Shown here piece by piece: positions 18,452-28,120 of a DNA stretch of 64,000 nt. The notes beneath the pieces are model-generated. The model ran no database searches. It worked only from the letters and a program-made list of their open reading frames with translations, and was not told the DNA's origin. The translations under genes were made by a program, and so were the position numbers. The stretch's first letter is position 1. Each line of letters starts with the position of its first letter. The DNA is from a virus (Duplodnaviria; Caudoviricetes): IMG/VR virus record IMGVR_UViG_3300033075_000403, positions 10,165 to 74,164 of that record; one strand, given 5' to 3'.

Positions 18452-18720
18452 GGTGCTACTTGCTGATGACCGTGGAAAAACTAACCGCCACAGAGCGCCG
18501 CCTGTTTCAGATGTTCTCAGACGGGGAACCGCATACCAAGGCGGAACTCATCACCTGTCTGAACGACGAACTGGCGGATTGTCACGCCATGCAACTCCAT
18601 CTCACGCGCATGCGTCCCAAGATCCGCGAACAGGGTTTGCTCGTCGTTACGCAGTACATCAGCGGGCGTGTTCACTACCGCATGGTACGCGCCATCAATG
18701 TGTCTCCGAACTGCGAGTAG
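18448..18720 (+). CDS. winged-helix DNA-binding protein
   Basis: LTATERRLF...GEPHTKAELI...LHLTRMRPKI, OmpR-type output-domain pattern. Confidence 0.6.
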   Translation: MRCYLLMTVEKLTATERRLFQMFSDGEPHTKAELITCLNDELADCHAMQLHLTRMRPKIREQGLLVVTQYISGRVHYRMVRAINVSPNCE

Positions 18721-18782
18721 TATGATTCTCAATTTGATGACATAGGTTTACACGTCTGTCTCCATCCGATACACTTCTCGGC

Positions 18783-20072
18783 ATGGAGATTCTCACTTCA
18801 CCACTGGCCAACGCTTCTGCTCGTCGTGAGACGATGCACGGTAGAAACTACATCGTCGCACCGATGTCGTTGATCGTGCCGGGTGTCCTCAACGGCAGCA
18901 TGGGTCCGCTGTTCTACCCACCGGAGGAAACCGCCTCCAGTGCGGACTCATGGAACGGTATGCCCATCGTGGTCTATCATCCCCGTAAGGATGGCCGTCA
19001 TGTCTCGGCGCGCAGTCCGCAGGTGATGGTGGAGTCGAACATCGGCACGGTCTACAACGCCACCTTCGACCGCAAGCTCGGTGCGGAGGGCTGGTTCGAC
19101 GAGGAACTGGTCAAGAACGCCGACCGTGGCTTGCCCGACAAGGCGAAGATCCTCCCTCGTCTGCTCAAGGGGGAACCGATTGAACTCTCCACGGGGCTGT
19201 TCACCGAGAACGAGTCTGCCCCTCCCGGTTCCGTTTTCAACGGACAACAGTACACGCACGTCGCACGCAAGTACCGTCCCGACCATCTCGCCGTGCTTCC
19301 CGATCTGCCGGGCGCTTGCTCGATTGCAGACGGGTGTGGTGTCATGGTCAACGCGAAGACGGACTCTTGCGGAGACACCTGTGATTGCACCGCCTGTACC
19401 CATCAACGAACCATGAAACCCTCCAAGGGAGATGCCACGATGAACGAGCGTGAGAAGGCGGTCGAGTTTCTCGTCGCCAACTGCGATTGCTGGAAGGACG
19501 CCGAGGGCAAGACGACCCTGAACGCTCTTTCCACTGAGAAGGTGCTGGCTCTCAAGGCCGACGCCGAAAAGAAAATCCCCGTCGCCAACACGACCTCCAC
19601 CGCTTCCACTTCCGCTGTGACCCCCGTGGTGGTCGCACCCGTTGCCAAGCCTGCGGTCAACGCCTGTGCGGACAACGAAGACGGCGAAGTCACTGGCAGT
19701 AAGAAGAAGAAGGCCACCATGAACGAGTGGATGGCGTCAGCTCCCCCCGAAGTCCAGGTTGCGGTCAACACCGCGCTGGAACTCGTCAACGCGGAGAAGG
19801 CCAACCTCATCGCCAATCTCACCGCGAACGTGGCCGACACGATCAAGGCATCACTTGCCACCCAGCTTTCCGGGTACGGCGTGCCAGAACTCCGCAACCT
19901 GCTCGCCCTGCGTGGTCAGGTCCAGAACGCTCAGTCGGTTATCCCCGAATTCAACGGCATGCGTCCGGCCATCTACGCACCGGCAACCGCTGGCGGCGTG
20001 GTCAACAACAGCAACGATCCCGTCGAAGAGGGTCCGGCTCCTCCGACCATCAATTGGAAGGCGTCGGCGTAA
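18783..20072 (+). CDS. prohead protease/scaffold (DUF2213-like)
   Basis: SWNGMPIVVYHP, ELSTGLF, DHLAVLPDLPGACS; low-complexity scaffold-like C-terminus; position before capsid genes. Confidence 0.8.
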   Translation: MEILTSPLANASARRETMHGRNYIVAPMSLIVPGVLNGSMGPLFYPPEETASSADSWNGMPIVVYHPRKDGRHVSARSPQVMVESNIGTVYNATFDRKLGAEGWFDEELVKNADRGLPDKAKILPRLLKGEPIELSTGLFTENESAPPGSVFNGQQYTHVARKYRPDHLAVLPDLPGACSIADGCGVMVNAKTDSCGDTCDCTACTHQRTMKPSKGDATMNEREKAVEFLVANCDCWKDAEGKTTLNALSTEKVLALKADAEKKIPVANTTSTASTSAVTPVVVAPVAKPAVNACADNEDGEVTGSKKKKATMNEWMASAPPEVQVAVNTALELVNAEKANLIANLTANVADTIKASLATQLSGYGVPELRNLLALRGQVQNAQSVIPEFNGMRPAIYAPATAGGVVNNSNDPVEEGPAPPTINWKASA

Positions 20073-20111
20073 CCAGTTCCACACACCACCTTGCTTCGGC
20101 AGGAGAATCAC

Positions 20112-20615
20112 ATGAAGGGCAGCAAGATCATCGTCACGGCGGACCCCAAGGGTCAGTTTGACGAAGGGTACGTCAACACGGGGGAGACTTTCTACCCCGG
20201 TATCTGCGTTCAGCGCGACGCAACTCAGTCAACGGTAGGCGGTCGCTTCGTCTACAAGCTCTACGCTCCCGGCACGGACGGCGAAAACCCGCTCGGTTCG
20301 TACTGGATCGTCACGGAGAAGATGGCAGTCCTTCAGGGATCGGCCATTGCCTCGTCCACCTCGTTCCCCAGCTTCGCGGCGGGTGCGCGGGTCGAAGTCT
20401 ATAGCCCGCGTGCGGGTGAGGACATCAACCTCCTCATCAAGAACCTTTCCGGCACCGGCGACGACCACACCAAGGGTGAAAAACTCATGGTGGACACCGG
20501 CACGGGCATGTTCATCGCCACCACCGGCTCCCCGGAAAGCGAACCGGCCCAGTTGCTCGAAACGCTGACCGACCCGACCGCTGACACGCTGGCGTGGTGC
20601 CAGTGGGCGCAGTAA
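20112..20615 (+). CDS. head decoration protein
   Basis: position between protease and MCP; beta-rich. Confidence 0.65.
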   Translation: MKGSKIIVTADPKGQFDEGYVNTGETFYPGICVQRDATQSTVGGRFVYKLYAPGTDGENPLGSYWIVTEKMAVLQGSAIASSTSFPSFAAGARVEVYSPRAGEDINLLIKNLSGTGDDHTKGEKLMVDTGTGMFIATTGSPESEPAQLLETLTDPTADTLAWCQWAQ

Positions 20616-20663
20616 CCCGCCTGTCCTTCCTCCGAACACAACTTCAAGCAAAGGGAAATCACG

Positions 20664-21827
20664 ATGTTCACGGATTTCGTCGAGAATGGACAGGCACACG
20701 GCGAGGCCGCGAACCTGCTCCAAGGCATGCGTTACGAACCCGGCCTGCTTCGCCCGTGGCGGGACAGTCGCGGTCGCACCTGCTTCACGGTCAACGTTGG
20801 GAAGAAGTGGACCGAGGGGCAGGAAGTCCCGATCTACAAGTCCTACACCGCTGAACAGCTGGCCCAGCGTGGGGTGTACAGCCCCGTGGCCAACGCTCTC
20901 AGCATGACCAAGGACGCCTGGATCGAGCTGGACCGCCAAATCGTCAAGACGGCACGCCTCCGTCTGTTCGCCTACGCCGACCTCGCTTCGTACTCCAGCC
21001 GCAACATCGCGAACGCGATGGGCAAGACTACGCTGGAATACCAGGCGATGAACGACCCCGGCGAAGCCGTCGTGGACATGGACGCCATGACCGATGGCCG
21101 GGCCGACCGTCCGCTGTTCAACCTGAAGAGCATCCCCCTGCCGATCACGCACTCGGACTTCTGGTTCTCTGAGCGTGAACTGGCTTCCTCGCGCATGGGT
21201 GGTGCCCCCCTCGACTCCACGATGGGCGAAACCGCTGGCCGTCGCGTGGCCGAGATGATCGAGCGGACCACCATCGGTACGGAAACCGGCACCACCTTCG
21301 GGCCGAACTCCAGCACCGACACGCGGTACGCCAACAGCGCCAGCACCGTCTACGGGTACACCAACTTCCCGCAGCGGACCACGAAGACCGACCTGACCAC
21401 CCCCACCGGCTCGAACCCGGAAGCCATCGTCCAGGACATCCTGGAGATGATCGAGACGATGAACACGAACGCCTACTACGGGCCGTTCGTGCTGTACCAC
21501 TCGACCTCGTACAGCCAGTACCTCAACTCGGACTACTTCCGCACGGGTGGTACGCAGGTCAGCCAAACCGTCAAAGAGCGCATCATGAAGATCGACGGCA
21601 TTGCCAAGGTGCAGCGCCTCGACTACCTGACCAGCGGCTACCAGATGATCCTGGTGCAGATGGGTAGCGATGTGGCTCAGGCTCTCGACGGCATGGGAAT
21701 CACCACGGTCATGTGGCCCTCCCAAGGCGGCATGCGGACCAACTTCAAGGTCATGGCGATTCAGGTGCCGCTCCTCAAGAGCCAGTACAGCGGTACGACC
21801 GGCATCATCCACGGCACCACGTCGTGA
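20664..21827 (+). CDS. major capsid protein (HK97 fold)
   Basis: 387 aa, strongly biased codons, PLPITHSDFWFSERELASSR..G.PLD; followed by a terminator. Confidence 0.85.
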   Translation: MFTDFVENGQAHGEAANLLQGMRYEPGLLRPWRDSRGRTCFTVNVGKKWTEGQEVPIYKSYTAEQLAQRGVYSPVANALSMTKDAWIELDRQIVKTARLRLFAYADLASYSSRNIANAMGKTTLEYQAMNDPGEAVVDMDAMTDGRADRPLFNLKSIPLPITHSDFWFSERELASSRMGGAPLDSTMGETAGRRVAEMIERTTIGTETGTTFGPNSSTDTRYANSASTVYGYTNFPQRTTKTDLTTPTGSNPEAIVQDILEMIETMNTNAYYGPFVLYHSTSYSQYLNSDYFRTGGTQVSQTVKERIMKIDGIAKVQRLDYLTSGYQMILVQMGSDVAQALDGMGITTVMWPSQGGMRTNFKVMAIQVPLLKSQYSGTTGIIHGTTS

Positions 21828-21869
21828 TCCTGACGTAGTGCAAAACAAAGCGTCTCCATGATGGAGTAT

Positions 21870-21894
21870 GGGGGCAGGAAGCCCCCGCTTTTTT
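21870..21894 (+). terminator. intrinsic terminator after MCP
   Basis: GGGGGC-AGGAA-GCCCCC followed by GCTTTTTT. Confidence 0.8.
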
Positions 21895-21919
21895 GAATCA
21901 ACCCTTTTGGAGCAACACG

Positions 21920-22114
21920 ATGAAGTTCAGGCTACTGGAAGGCTTGCATGTGCAGGCAGGTAACGACGGGAAAAGCAAGACGTTTTCCCGTGGTGACATC
22001 GTTGAAAGCAAGATGGACCTTGCCAAGCGATTCGGACGCGAGAAGTTCGATCCCGTCGTCTACGAAGCCCCACCGGAAGCACCCCCCAAGGGTGAGAATC
22101 CCCCGAAGAAGTAG
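21920..22114 (+). CDS. small post-capsid protein with Pro-rich tail
   Basis: GGAG RBS; typical position after MCP. Confidence 0.6.
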   Translation: MKFRLLEGLHVQAGNDGKSKTFSRGDIVESKMDLAKRFGREKFDPVVYEAPPEAPPKGENPPKK

Positions 22115-22122
22115 GGTGACTC

Positions 22123-22560
22123 ATGGCGACTCGGACGAATGCAGCACTGGTGAGGCAGGTTCTCCAGGATGACTACGGCACCACGGAGGCGGGAATCGAA
22201 TCCCCCACCCTGGAACCGTTCATGCTGGCAGCGAATCTCCTCACGACCCGCATGGCGTCCACCGCTGCTGCCAACGGGTTCACCCATACCACCGACGAGA
22301 AGAAATCCATCGAGACGTGGCTGTCCGCTCACTTCTATGTGATGAGCGATCAGAACTACATCACGAAGAACACAGGTGGTGCGTCGGCCACGTTTCAGGG
22401 GAAGACTGCAATGCACCTGGAGGCCAGCAAGTACGGCCAGTCGGCGTGCATCATCGACGCCAGCGGCACACTACGAGCGATGGCCAAGGGTGGGATTGCT
22501 CGGATTCAGTGGCTCGGTTTACCCGTGAGTGGTCAGACCGATTACGTTGACAGGGACTAA
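22123..22560 (+). CDS. head-tail adaptor
   Basis: IETWLSAHFY, ASKYGQ motifs; position. Confidence 0.75.
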   Translation: MATRTNAALVRQVLQDDYGTTEAGIESPTLEPFMLAANLLTTRMASTAAANGFTHTTDEKKSIETWLSAHFYVMSDQNYITKNTGGASATFQGKTAMHLEASKYGQSACIIDASGTLRAMAKGGIARIQWLGLPVSGQTDYVDRD

Positions 22561-22563
22561 TCC

Positions 22564-22935
22564 ATGCCTGCTCAGGAACGCCGAGAGCGATACCAGTGGG
22601 CGGTGTACTGGCCAGCAGATGGAACCCTGGACATCTACGGTGAGGCAGTCCTTGGTGAACCAGAGGAAATCCGGTGCAGGTGGGTGGAGAAGCGGCATCA
22701 GGTGCCATCACTGACCAGTGAACCCGTGGCGGCAGACGTTCAGCTCCACACCGACTTCGATGTACCCAACGGGAGTGTGTTCTGGAAGGGAAGGTTGGAC
22801 GACTACTACGGCACGGGAAGCAGTGGGTTTGAATCCGTGACCTTCGTGGCCGTGGCTCGAAACGTGGTCCCCGACATCAAAGGACGTGCTACCCTCCGGT
22901 ACACATCCCTCCAGCAGCAGCGAAAGAAGGCGTGA
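22564..22935 (+). CDS. head closure / stopper protein
   Basis: position; PEEIRCRWVE beta-barrel pattern. Confidence 0.65.
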   Translation: MPAQERRERYQWAVYWPADGTLDIYGEAVLGEPEEIRCRWVEKRHQVPSLTSEPVAADVQLHTDFDVPNGSVFWKGRLDDYYGTGSSGFESVTFVAVARNVVPDIKGRATLRYTSLQQQRKKA

Positions 22936-22936
22936 G

Positions 22937-23419
22937 ATGTTCAGTCCCAGGGTGATCGTCGAAGGGTTGGGAAACCTGTTCGGCAAGCTGTTTGGACTGG
23001 GCAAGAAGACGCAGGCCCCCGCGAACTACGTCGTCGGTTACTCCGCTCCCTACGCTCTCCGTGTCCATGAGGACATGATGTATGTTCACCCGATCCACGA
23101 ATCTCACAAGGGCAGGCACAAGGAAGGGGACTTCTTTTCCATCGCGATCAACGACGGACTCTACGACTGCCACGGGGATGCGAAGTTCCTGGAGAAAGCG
23201 GCACGGGGGATGAAGAAGTTCGCGGCGTTCCGTCTATCGTCGCTGATGACCAAGGGGATGACCCTTCAGGAAGCCAACCTCGTACTTGCTCACGATTTGC
23301 TCAAGGCGTCGAATCTCATCACTCCCGTACTGACGGGCAATCTGCGAGCCAGTGGTTTTGTGAAAGGGGACAATGGGATATGGGAGAACCTTTCAGCACG
23401 GGTGCCATCGGGTTCGTGA
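22937..23419 (+). CDS. neck protein (HK97 gp10-like)
   Basis: VVGYSAPYALRVHE, AKFLEKA, PVLTGNLRASG. Confidence 0.75.
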   Translation: MFSPRVIVEGLGNLFGKLFGLGKKTQAPANYVVGYSAPYALRVHEDMMYVHPIHESHKGRHKEGDFFSIAINDGLYDCHGDAKFLEKAARGMKKFAAFRLSSLMTKGMTLQEANLVLAHDLLKASNLITPVLTGNLRASGFVKGDNGIWENLSARVPSGS

Positions 23420-23595
23420 TTGGCGCGCTGGTAACGGCGGTGATCTTCCTTCTGGTGCAGAAACGACAGCCCTCACCTTCTTTCTCTCCCATGCTGGAAG
23501 AACCCGTTCAGACCGAGGAGGAGAAGGCGAAGATGGCAGAGGAGATCAAGAAGCTCTCAGGACGAATCAACGGCTCTCGAACCATGTGGGATTGA
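23380..23595 (+). CDS. small membrane protein overlapping the neck gene
   Basis: TM AIGFVIGALVTAVIFLLV plus charged helix; fills the gap to 23597. Confidence 0.5.
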   Translation: MGEPFSTGAIGFVIGALVTAVIFLLVQKRQPSPSFSPMLEEPVQTEEEKAKMAEEIKKLSGRINGSRTMWD

Positions 23596-23596
23596 T

Positions 23597-24034
23597 GTGA
23601 CGCATTCACAGGCGGAAATCGTGAGACAGTTGCTTGTGGATCTGGTACTGGGGTACGAACCCAACACCACGACCAGCTGGTCCGCATTCGCCTTCAAGGA
23701 ACCACAGCAACCCGATAACTGCCTCAGTGTGTTCAACACCCAGGGGATGAGCGATGGTAGGGCGATGATCGACGGGGAGTTGATGGACCATCTCGGCTTC
23801 CAGATTCGTTCCCGTGGGGTAGATGTCCCGACCATGCGTGCCAAACTCGCCGCCGTCCGAACGTCTCTTGCCGGTGTGTATCAGCGAACCGTGGTGATCG
23901 ACTCCAGCTACTACCTGATTCAGTGTGTCTCGAACATCGGCCAGATTCTTTACCTTGGTGACGAATCCCCGAACAGTAAGCGTCAACTTGGAACCCTGAA
24001 CGCCACGCTCGCCGTGGACGAACTCCCCCTGTAA
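23597..24034 (+). CDS. tail terminator
   Basis: QQPDNCLSVFNT.G, FQIRSRG; position before tail tube. Confidence 0.7.
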   Translation: MTHSQAEIVRQLLVDLVLGYEPNTTTSWSAFAFKEPQQPDNCLSVFNTQGMSDGRAMIDGELMDHLGFQIRSRGVDVPTMRAKLAAVRTSLAGVYQRTVVIDSSYYLIQCVSNIGQILYLGDESPNSKRQLGTLNATLAVDELPL

Positions 24035-24052
24035 TACCCAACGGAGAATCCA

Positions 24053-24529
24053 ATGGCGGCTCCTTCCCCAACGACTCGTGTATCCCCCGCTGGCATCAAG
24101 CTGAAGGACGGCTACCGTAGCCTCATCACCTTCTCGCTGGATTCCAACATCGACCTGTGGGAGAAGAAGGTCACTCCACCGGGTCTGGATGGTCGTGAAA
24201 AGATCAACCAGACGACGATGTGGAACGACGACTTCATCACCTACGCTCCTCGGTCCCTCACGGACATGACGGACTCCTCGATGACCTGTGCCTACGATCC
24301 CGTGGCTTACACGCAGATCCAGGCCATTATCAACCGCGAGGGAACCGTCACGCAGACCTTCAGCGACGGCAGCACGCTCGCCTACTACGGCTACCTCCAG
24401 AAGTTCGAGCCGCAGGAGTTGGACGAGGGTACGCAGCCGGAAGCGAAAGTCACCATCGTCTGCACGAACTTTGACCCTGTGAACCATGTCGAAGCCGCAC
24501 CCGTTCTCACCAGCGTGTCCGGCACCTAA
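24053..24529 (+). CDS. major tail tube protein
   Basis: VTPPGLDG..KINQTTM, FSDGSTLAYYGYL..FEP; position. Confidence 0.75.
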   Translation: MAAPSPTTRVSPAGIKLKDGYRSLITFSLDSNIDLWEKKVTPPGLDGREKINQTTMWNDDFITYAPRSLTDMTDSSMTCAYDPVAYTQIQAIINREGTVTQTFSDGSTLAYYGYLQKFEPQELDEGTQPEAKVTIVCTNFDPVNHVEAAPVLTSVSGT

Positions 24530-24556
24530 CCTTCCTCTTTCCACCGGAGCAACAAC

Positions 24557-25027
24557 GTGGAAATCCAGTCTCTTGTGTTCGATGAAACAGACCTCGCCCC
24601 TGTCGAACTCCCCGTCAAACTCGGCAAGGTCAACTACGCCTTGCTCGAAGCCGACGAGGACACGGCAGGGAAGTTCCGCACCGCTGCCGCCAAGTCGATC
24701 AAGTTCGACGACGGCAAGATGTGTGGTCTTGGCGATGTGGGGTCAACCCAGGCCCTTCTCGTCTCCCTGTGCCTCTACATGGCCGACGAAAACGGCAAGG
24801 TGCCACGTCGAGACGACGGTACTCCCGACTACTCCAAACGAGTACCGGAGTCCGTGGTCAAGAAGTGGAAGGCTTCCGTGGTGAAGTCCATCTTCGAGAC
24901 GGCGAAGAACATTTCTGACCTGTCCGAAGGGGAGGACACCGAGGAAACGCTGACCAGGCAGATCGACGACCTCCAGAAGCGTCTGACTCGTCTCCAGTCG
25001 AAAAAAAACGGCAACAACGCTGGTTAG
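24557..25027 (+). CDS. tail assembly chaperone (lambda G-like)
   Basis: between tube and tape measure; ends in slippery G AAA AAA AAC (25000-25009). Confidence 0.8.
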   Translation: MEIQSLVFDETDLAPVELPVKLGKVNYALLEADEDTAGKFRTAAAKSIKFDDGKMCGLGDVGSTQALLVSLCLYMADENGKVPRRDDGTPDYSKRVPESVVKKWKASVVKSIFETAKNISDLSEGEDTEETLTRQIDDLQKRLTRLQSKKNGNNAG

Positions 25028-25374
25028 CCAAGTTCAACCTGGCGAGTCGTCTCGGTAAGCACCTGCATGAGGTCATGGGGTGGCCTGGTCCGATGACGGC
25101 GCGCCAGTTTGACGCCTGGATGGAGTGGGAGATGGAGGACATCAACATCCCCTCCCGCACCGATCACTACCTCATGCGTATCGCGATGGAAGTCCGAGGG
25201 GGGAACGTCAAGCCCGGAACCTCGATCAACCCCAGGGACTTCTTTGTCAAGTTCGACCGTCCAGATCGCCCCGTGGTGAAAACTGAAGAACAGAAGCGTC
25301 TGGAAGTCGAGCAGGACAAGGCAATCGCTCTCGCAAGAGTGTCACGAGTCGGTAAACGCCCCACGAAGGAGTAG
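25003..25374 (+). CDS. -1 frameshift extension of the chaperone (GT-like)
   Basis: -1 frame open from the A-run (KRQQRWLAKFNLASRLGKHLHEVMG...MTARQFDAWMEW) to TAG 25372. Confidence 0.8.
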   Translation, partial: KKRQQRWLAKFNLASRLGKHLHEVMGWPGPMTARQFDAWMEWEMEDINIPSRTDHYLMRIAMEVRGGNVKPGTSINPRDFFVKFDRPDRPVVKTEEQKRLEVEQDKAIALARVSRVGKRPTKE

Positions 25375-25376
25375 TC

Positions 25377-28112
25377 GTGAACGAGCAGGAGGTAGCCAGA
25401 CTGATCGTGAGGGTCATGGGTGACGCCACCCAGTACCACCGCATGCTCAATCAGGCTACTTCCGCCACGCAGCGATTCACCTCCATGCTGGGGTTCTCGT
25501 TCAACAACATCAGCCTGGCCGGACTCACCATTCGGTTCTCGTCGATGTTCGAGCAGTTGCAAACGTCCTTCGGCACGATGCTGGGGTCGGATGGTCTTGG
25601 CCGTCGCATGATCTCTGAACTCAGGCAACTCGCCGCCGAAACCCCCCTCACCATGACCGGGGTGGCACAGGGCGCGCGCGAGCTTCTCCAGTACGGTGTG
25701 TACGCTGGCGATGTTGTAGACGTGCTCCGTCGGATCGGTGACATCTCCGGTCAGACCGAGGAGCAGATGCACCGCATGACTCGTGCCTATGGGCAGGTCA
25801 TGTCGATGGGCGCTCTCCACGGTCAGGAACGCCGGCAGATGATTAACGCCGGATTCGACCCCATCGCGGAAATCTCACGCACCACGGGGCGTAGTACAGG
25901 TGACTTGCTCAGTTCCATGCGTCAAGGTGGAATCTCCGCACAGATGGTCGTGGAAGCGTTCCATACCGCCACGACTGCGGGAGGCCGATTCAACGACGCC
26001 ATGCTTCGTCAAAACCGCACCCTGTACGGGTTGTGGTCCAACCTTCGTGACGATGCCATTCGTACTCTCGCACGCCTCGGCGATGATCTCGTGGAGATGC
26101 TCAATCTCAAGCAGATCGTCCGTGGCGTGACGGACATGGTGAACAAGTTCCGTCAGTGGTACGAGGCTCTGTCCCCCACGGTACGTCGCGCCATCGTTCA
26201 GGTGATCGGACTCACGGGCGCGTTCATCGGGCTTGCAACCTCGATGGGCATTCTCCGCATGACGCTTCTTGCCACCACCTACGGGTTTGGTGTGCTTGAG
26301 AACTTCATCTCGTTTTTGCTGTCCCCGCTGGTGATGCTGGGGTGGCAGATTCGGTATACCGTGGTGGGTGCGTTCACCTTGCTCCGCATCGCCTTTAACG
26401 AAATCATTGCGGTTGCACCGACCGTAGGACGAGCGTTGTTCTTTGTCGGCGAGGTAGCTTTTCAAGCATTCAATTTGGCGTCGATGGCTATTGCCGGTTT
26501 TGGTGTCACACTTGCACAATTACCAGTAACCGTTGGTACAGCGATAGCAAGAATATCAAGTTACATCTGGTCGTTACTACCGAGTTTGAATGGTTTAATG
26601 ATCTTCCTCGGTCAAACAATGCCAATTGCTTTTGGGGCAATGCTTAACTTCCTGTCCAGCAATACATTCACAATGATCGGGCAAAAACTACTTCCGATCC
26701 TTGACGCACTCGCTCTCAGATTCCGTAATTTTCTTCTCAATTTTAGTTGGGGAGATATAATTTATAACATCGGATCAGGTATTTCATACGTCGTAACAGG
26801 AATCGGCTCATTAACGATGGGGTTTATTCGTCTCGCAGCAACAGGTGTAGCAGCACTGTTTCAAGGGATCACCTCCGCTGTGTGGGGACTCGGCAGGGCG
26901 ATCAGCAGCGTCTTCGTCCTCAGCGCTCGTGGCTTCATCGGCATGTTCACCATGCTCGGCCCCACGTTCTGGGTGATCCTCGGCGTGATGACAGCCATCG
27001 CCGTGTTGGTGAGTGACGACCTCAACCCGTCCACATGGAGCATGACCGCCGCATGGAACGCGGTAAAGCAGGCAGCGGTTGACCTGTTCAACTTCCTGTT
27101 CCCGGTGTGGAACGCCTTCCAGGGGGCGGTGCGTGGCTTCGCGGTACTGGCGGTAACCGTGTGGAATGAGGCAGGCGAAGGACTTGCTACATTGCTTGGA
27201 TATGGGAGTTCAGGCATCTTTCGTATGGGTCTTACTTGGCGAGACGTGTTTCTCGGAATCCGTGAATGGATTTTCACTGCGTTTATTTACCTTGAGTTCC
27301 ACACTCGTAGGTCTAGGCTGTATTTCCAAAGAATGCAACTTGGTCTTGCGATGTCGATGGTAACGATGTGGGATTCTATGCGATGGTTCGGTCGCAACAT
27401 GGCTATCTTTTTCACATGGCTAGGGGCTAACTGGAGAGGTGCTCTTGTTGACATGGGAAATATGTTCGTAACATTTTTCCAGAATGCACTGCGTAATGCT
27501 GGCAATTTTGCCGGCATGATCTGGGATGCCATGTTTGGCGATGAGGAAGTTGATTGGGCGGCTGGTTGGAGAAATATGCTGGAGGGTTTTGAAAGAGTCA
27601 CACCGGCTATCCAATGGGAAGGGTTCAATCTCGCAAACATCGCTTCTCCTATAATGCTTGACCTGCAACGACAGTTTAACGCACTAGAACGCCAGTTGGG
27701 TGAAACATGGGAGCAGTTCCGTGACCGCAGGCTCCGTGAAATCGAGATGGCGAATCCTCTCCGTCTCGCCGACCCCGAAACCTTTGAACCTTACGGTCAG
27801 CGTGTTGGGGAGAACATCGCACAGGGCATCGGGAAGGGACTCAAAGACTGGGACCACGTTCTGTTCCGCAGCGCTGAAGCCAACCGCCGCATCGAGGCGT
27901 ACCGCAACCGTCTCATGGGTCTGGAAACGGACCCCCATGTGCGAGGTGGTGCCCACGGTATGCGTGCGGGGAACCCCAACATGCCCAACGCTCGCGATGT
28001 GAACGCCTTCCGTGGGAACGACATCGTGGCACAGCTGCAACGGGTCAATAACAACCTCGAAGGCAACCCGCAAATTCAGATCAACCAGGCCAACTTGCCG
28101 GTGAACGTCTAG
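25377..28112 (+). CDS. tape measure protein
   Basis: 911 aa helical; tape-measure N-terminal domain (LAAETPLTM...LRRIGDISG...RAYGQVMSMG.L.GQE..QM). Confidence 0.92.
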   Translation: MNEQEVARLIVRVMGDATQYHRMLNQATSATQRFTSMLGFSFNNISLAGLTIRFSSMFEQLQTSFGTMLGSDGLGRRMISELRQLAAETPLTMTGVAQGARELLQYGVYAGDVVDVLRRIGDISGQTEEQMHRMTRAYGQVMSMGALHGQERRQMINAGFDPIAEISRTTGRSTGDLLSSMRQGGISAQMVVEAFHTATTAGGRFNDAMLRQNRTLYGLWSNLRDDAIRTLARLGDDLVEMLNLKQIVRGVTDMVNKFRQWYEALSPTVRRAIVQVIGLTGAFIGLATSMGILRMTLLATTYGFGVLENFISFLLSPLVMLGWQIRYTVVGAFTLLRIAFNEIIAVAPTVGRALFFVGEVAFQAFNLASMAIAGFGVTLAQLPVTVGTAIARISSYIWSLLPSLNGLMIFLGQTMPIAFGAMLNFLSSNTFTMIGQKLLPILDALALRFRNFLLNFSWGDIIYNIGSGISYVVTGIGSLTMGFIRLAATGVAALFQGITSAVWGLGRAISSVFVLSARGFIGMFTMLGPTFWVILGVMTAIAVLVSDDLNPSTWSMTAAWNAVKQAAVDLFNFLFPVWNAFQGAVRGFAVLAVTVWNEAGEGLATLLGYGSSGIFRMGLTWRDVFLGIREWIFTAFIYLEFHTRRSRLYFQRMQLGLAMSMVTMWDSMRWFGRNMAIFFTWLGANWRGALVDMGNMFVTFFQNALRNAGNFAGMIWDAMFGDEEVDWAAGWRNMLEGFERVTPAIQWEGFNLANIASPIMLDLQRQFNALERQLGETWEQFRDRRLREIEMANPLRLADPETFEPYGQRVGENIAQGIGKGLKDWDHVLFRSAEANRRIEAYRNRLMGLETDPHVRGGAHGMRAGNPNMPNARDVNAFRGNDIVAQLQRVNNNLEGNPQIQINQANLPVNV

Positions 28113-28120
28113 GTGGTGTA

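Noticed and set aside
22937-23419. Apparently permuted motif order in the neck protein (VGY..YA..VHE before PV.TG.L)
   Set aside because: I recall this order from other phage neck proteins, so it is probably not new; unverified.
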